NCBI GenBank assembly: GCA_000442015.1
Contig: KE561209.1
Location: 655,503-719,121 of the forward strand
Reading direction: 5' to 3'
Length of the DNA: 63,619 nt
Source: Rozella allomycis CSF55
Lineage: Eukaryota
Made by a program: the position numbers and the translations under genes. The notes below the pieces were generated by a model. That model worked only from the letters and a program-made list of their open reading frames with translations. It was not told where the DNA came from and did no database searches. How positions within the stretch are numbered: position 1 is the stretch's first letter; every line of letters begins with the position of its first letter. This document shows positions 60,087-63,619 of the stretch, one piece after another.

Positions 60087-60810
60087 CTTACTGCCAGGGT
60101 AACACAAATCAAGAAAATCTTAAGATCTTACCTGATTTCCGAAATTAAACTGAAAAATAACTATTTCTATTTTTAATGATAAATCGGGGGTCGTGGAGCT
60201 TATTAAAAATTAACAACTATTTTCTAACCATTATCAGTTATTTGTGATTAATTTGAGTTGCNCTTATACGTTGTCGTCTGAGCTTTAAGCGATTCGGATG
60301 TAGATAAAATAGTTAATTCAATGGGTAAAGTATCAAACCTTCGCTTTGTTAGTTGTTAATCTCGCCTTATCATCAGGAAAATAGTCTATAAAAAACACTT
60401 TTTCAATGTGAAACAGTGAAAGCGAGTGAAGCGCAAACCCTCGACTGGCGTGCGAACCCGGAGCTATTGAAACATATGGGGACAACCCTAGAAACAAACT
60501 TTTTTAGTTTAGCGCAAGTATGGGGTATCGGTTTTATCTATAACGAACACAATCCATTTTTAATGCGAGAGAAGCGAGTACAATAAACTTGAACCTTCAT
60601 GATGCCAAATATTATTGAGCGGCATATTTTTTGTGAATGCTTGCTTAGTCCAAACCTACTCTCTTCGGATATGGGTATAATGGAATGCGTAAATAGAAAA
60701 AATTAATAACGAGCACTGCGAGACTTGTATAGGTGCATATGGTCATATAATCTTACAACTGGTCAGAGATCTATGTACTTGAAAGGAAAGCCACAAAAAA
60801 TTTTAAGACG

Positions 60811-63399
60811 GATGTTACTAGGGTCCTTTTTAGTTTTTTGTGTAAACTGTGCCTTATTTGGTCTTGCATTTGAGATATCCTCTATTTACGAGCTTAGAAA
60901 AAGTAATATCAATCTGATTTCTTCAAAGTTATTGACGATGAAATATCCTTAAAGTTGAACACTATTATCAAGCACCCTTCGGTATCGGACAATCAAAAAG
61001 ACATCAAAATGACCAAAAGCGCCAAGTTTTTGAGAAAGCTTTATTTAGATGAGGTTGAAATAGCAATAGTCCCGGCCGTTGTTTTAGGGGATGATGTTGT
61101 CTTCGAAGAGATTTTAAAAACGAATCGCTATTTAATATCAAAAAAGTATTACAGGAGCATGACACTTCTTTCAATTTCATGTCTATTTGGGCAACATGAG
61201 ATATCAAAGAAAATAGTCAAAAAAACAGACGTGAATTATCTTTTTGAAAAAGATGAAAGTGGAAATTCATCTTTTCATTATTGTAAAGACCAGATGACTT
61301 TTGAATTTCTTGAAGAAAAGGCGGATTTAGCATTACGTAAATTGAAATTAGCGAGGAGTTCATTAGTCAGAACAAAGCGTAATGATAGTATGTATTACAC
61401 AACTAGTGCAAGATCATACAGTTATTTCTAGTTGGACATGTTTAGATAATGGGATGATGAAACTGAAGAACATTGTTTCTAAACAAGAGGTAGAAGCGCC
61501 ATGTTTTGAGCGTTATAAGCATAAGCCTGTGGAATATATTAAATCTTTTTGGCCTGGCAGGGATAATGAAAAAGAATGCCCATTTGAAATTTTGAACAAC
61601 TCAGTTCACCGTGAAAGAATATTTCGGCTTGATAGCTCTGGGGTAGTAAAGTATTTGTCTCGAGTATACAAAATATGTCGCGAAGATAACTTCAAAAGAA
61701 ATTCAGTAGACGATACTTTTGATATATATGGTGATATGCAAGACGATGAAATAAAGTATGACGTTTTGTACGATAAATATGATGGAGACGAAGGAACCAT
61801 TCAAAAAATTCAAACATTATGGAGTAAAAGGGGATGTGTTTCACGAATTGAAACAATTTTTAAAAATGACACAAGACTTGCCAAAAGGTTTACAGAGACT
61901 GTGCAGCGCCTTAACAGTGTGGACTTGCAGATTTTCTTTTCAACAATTATTCCAGTTAATGAACTTGAGATGAAAATAAATATTTATGAAGGGCACAATA
62001 TACTAAAAAGTGACTATGGATATCTTTGCGGCGATGTTTATTTGTCACACCGGGATTNAATTCCAGTTGATGAACTTGAGATGAAAATAAATGTTTATGA
62101 AGGGCATAATATACTAAGAAGTGACTATGGATATCTTTGCGGCGATGTTTATTTGTCACACCGGGATTGTAGTGTTTCAGAATGGACTTTTGATAGATCA
62201 AAATGCTTGATAAATGGGAAAGTGGATATGTATAGAAAAATAATTGTTGTTCCCCTTAATGGAGGAAAGGCCTGTCCTGAATTATACGATTGAAGGGATT
62301 GTTTTGAGGTAACTGAAAATGATTTGAAAGATAATCAATCTGAAAATTTCAAAATGTTGGATGAAATTTGGAAATCAAATAAATGTAATATGTCTTTTGC
62401 TTTCATCACGTCAAAAATATATTTCAGTGTTAAAGAAGAAGAACAGGTGAGAAGTAAAGAATTTTGGATTGGGCCTTCATCTAAAATTGCGTCTAGAATT
62501 CATTTCCTTAGGATAAATTTAAGTCCTGCTTGCAGTTCAGTAGGTAATCATCAAGTTCGCTTTAATAGTTAAGCTTATCAGGCCAGCAAGACTGAGAAAA
62601 TTTCAACATTCCAAGACGATTGTTGTAAAACAGGAAATGAAGTTGTTACAACTAAACTTTTTATTCCTTTTGAAGATACACCAATAGTTACAACCTTTGA
62701 AAGGGCATGTGATCAAAGTTATTACACGTTGATGTCTTCAGAAAATCAAGACTCTTGCTCATCTCAGTTGTGGATTGCTACTGGATGCACAAAACCATTT
62801 CCTGGTAAAGAAGTTATTTTCAAAGCAGCCTATTATACCAAAGACACTTTGGATTTTTTTAAAACTGAATTTGTTAGGCTAGAATACTCAGAAAAATTCT
62901 TTCAACAATCCTCTATTTGTTTGGAGGCTACAGGTATCTATTATTTGTGACTTGAAAATAAGAGTCTGACCATGAATTTCGTGACTCATTAGACGTTTCC
63001 GATTTTTTCAATATCCCTTTCTCGTCACCAACATTGGTTAACACAATGTTTGGTGAATGGATTGAGACGTTTCCTAATGTGAATCTTAACATCAAACCAC
63101 TGGACTTTTCTTTTTCTTCAAAAGTGAATAGCATATCTAATCGTGCAAACGTACTTCCCCATAACGGTGTACCAAATCATGAAAACTTAATTCGTGATAA
63201 CGAAGGTACAGAATTTATTACAGGGAATGACGATTTTGTATTGAGTAACAATGGGTTCGATTATATCTACGAGGCTGATGACGAGTTGTTATATGATGAA
63301 GAAGAAGATAATTTTGCTATGGAAAAGAATACTGAAATCCTATTTATGCCAAACAATCATGTTGCTAACGAATTCGATGTTCCAGAAGGGTTTGGGTAG
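60811..63399 (+). pseudogene. disrupted gene: hydrophobic N-terminus, ankyrin repeats, TSP1-like module(s), acidic tail
   Basis: Ankyrin-like SMTLLSISCLFGQHEI..DESGNSSFHYC; TSP1-like DCSVSEW..C..YRKIIVVPLNGGKACPEL; frameshift near 61380, in-frame TGA at 62291, further stops. Confidence 0.55.
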
Positions 63400-63619
63400 A
63401 AACTCAAGAGTCCCAAATTTAGAATGTCGATGTTCAATTAGTTCAAAAATAGAAAACAGACTATTTTAATTTTTTCCTGTAAATGCACGAAATCTCTCTT
63501 CTCGTACAGGGATTCTCATCCTAATTCGTATATAAATAATCGAACGAGGAGTTTACGACCCGGACTTCAGAGACGATTTTTGGCATGTTGAGTTAACACC
63601 ATTTTCACCTCGAATACAC

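Noticed and set aside
60415..60580. GCGAGTGAAGCG / GCGAGAGAAGCG motifs suggesting a small mobile hairpin element
   Set aside because: Only two short degenerate copies, with no terminal repeats or target-site duplication visible
62291..62293. TGA as selenocysteine or readthrough in the TSP1 module
   Set aside because: The position does not correspond to a conserved Cys, no SECIS was seen, and the locus has other disruptions

Overview
AT-rich, extremely gene-dense eukaryotic genomic DNA with tiny (~25-40 nt) spliceosomal introns. Gene content (flagellar CFAP45, fungal-type Atg15/Fes1/Csm1/metacaspase, plus animal-like T-box, CIB, PIX-like GEF and PEN-2) points to a zoosporic early-diverging fungus or relative; a Rozella-like endoparasite is my inference, not shown. 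About 45 mostly multi-exon genes and one tRNA-Val(AAC) occupy 1-55.6 kb. They are followed by an N-riddled accessory zone holding a collapsed Ty3/Gypsy retrotransposon, a signal-peptide-bearing AIG1-like GTPase and a broken ankyrin+TSP1 gene. Four genes absent from the ORF track were reconstructed by hand: MPC2, COX7C, TMEM234 and PEN-2. Top observations: (1) a gamma-secretase PEN-2 gene whose frame is only restored by a 52-nt AT-AC minor-spliceosome-type intron, sitting between SPC3 and signal peptide peptidase; (2) two paralogous orphan secreted proteins with a signal peptide followed by a mitochondrial-presequence-like segment; (3) a secreted ~30% His tandem-repeat protein; (4) an unexplained structured GC-rich RNA candidate behind POP4; (5) head-to-head genes with only 27-35 bp between start codons. 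All family calls come from motif recognition by eye, and multi-exon boundaries are approximate.
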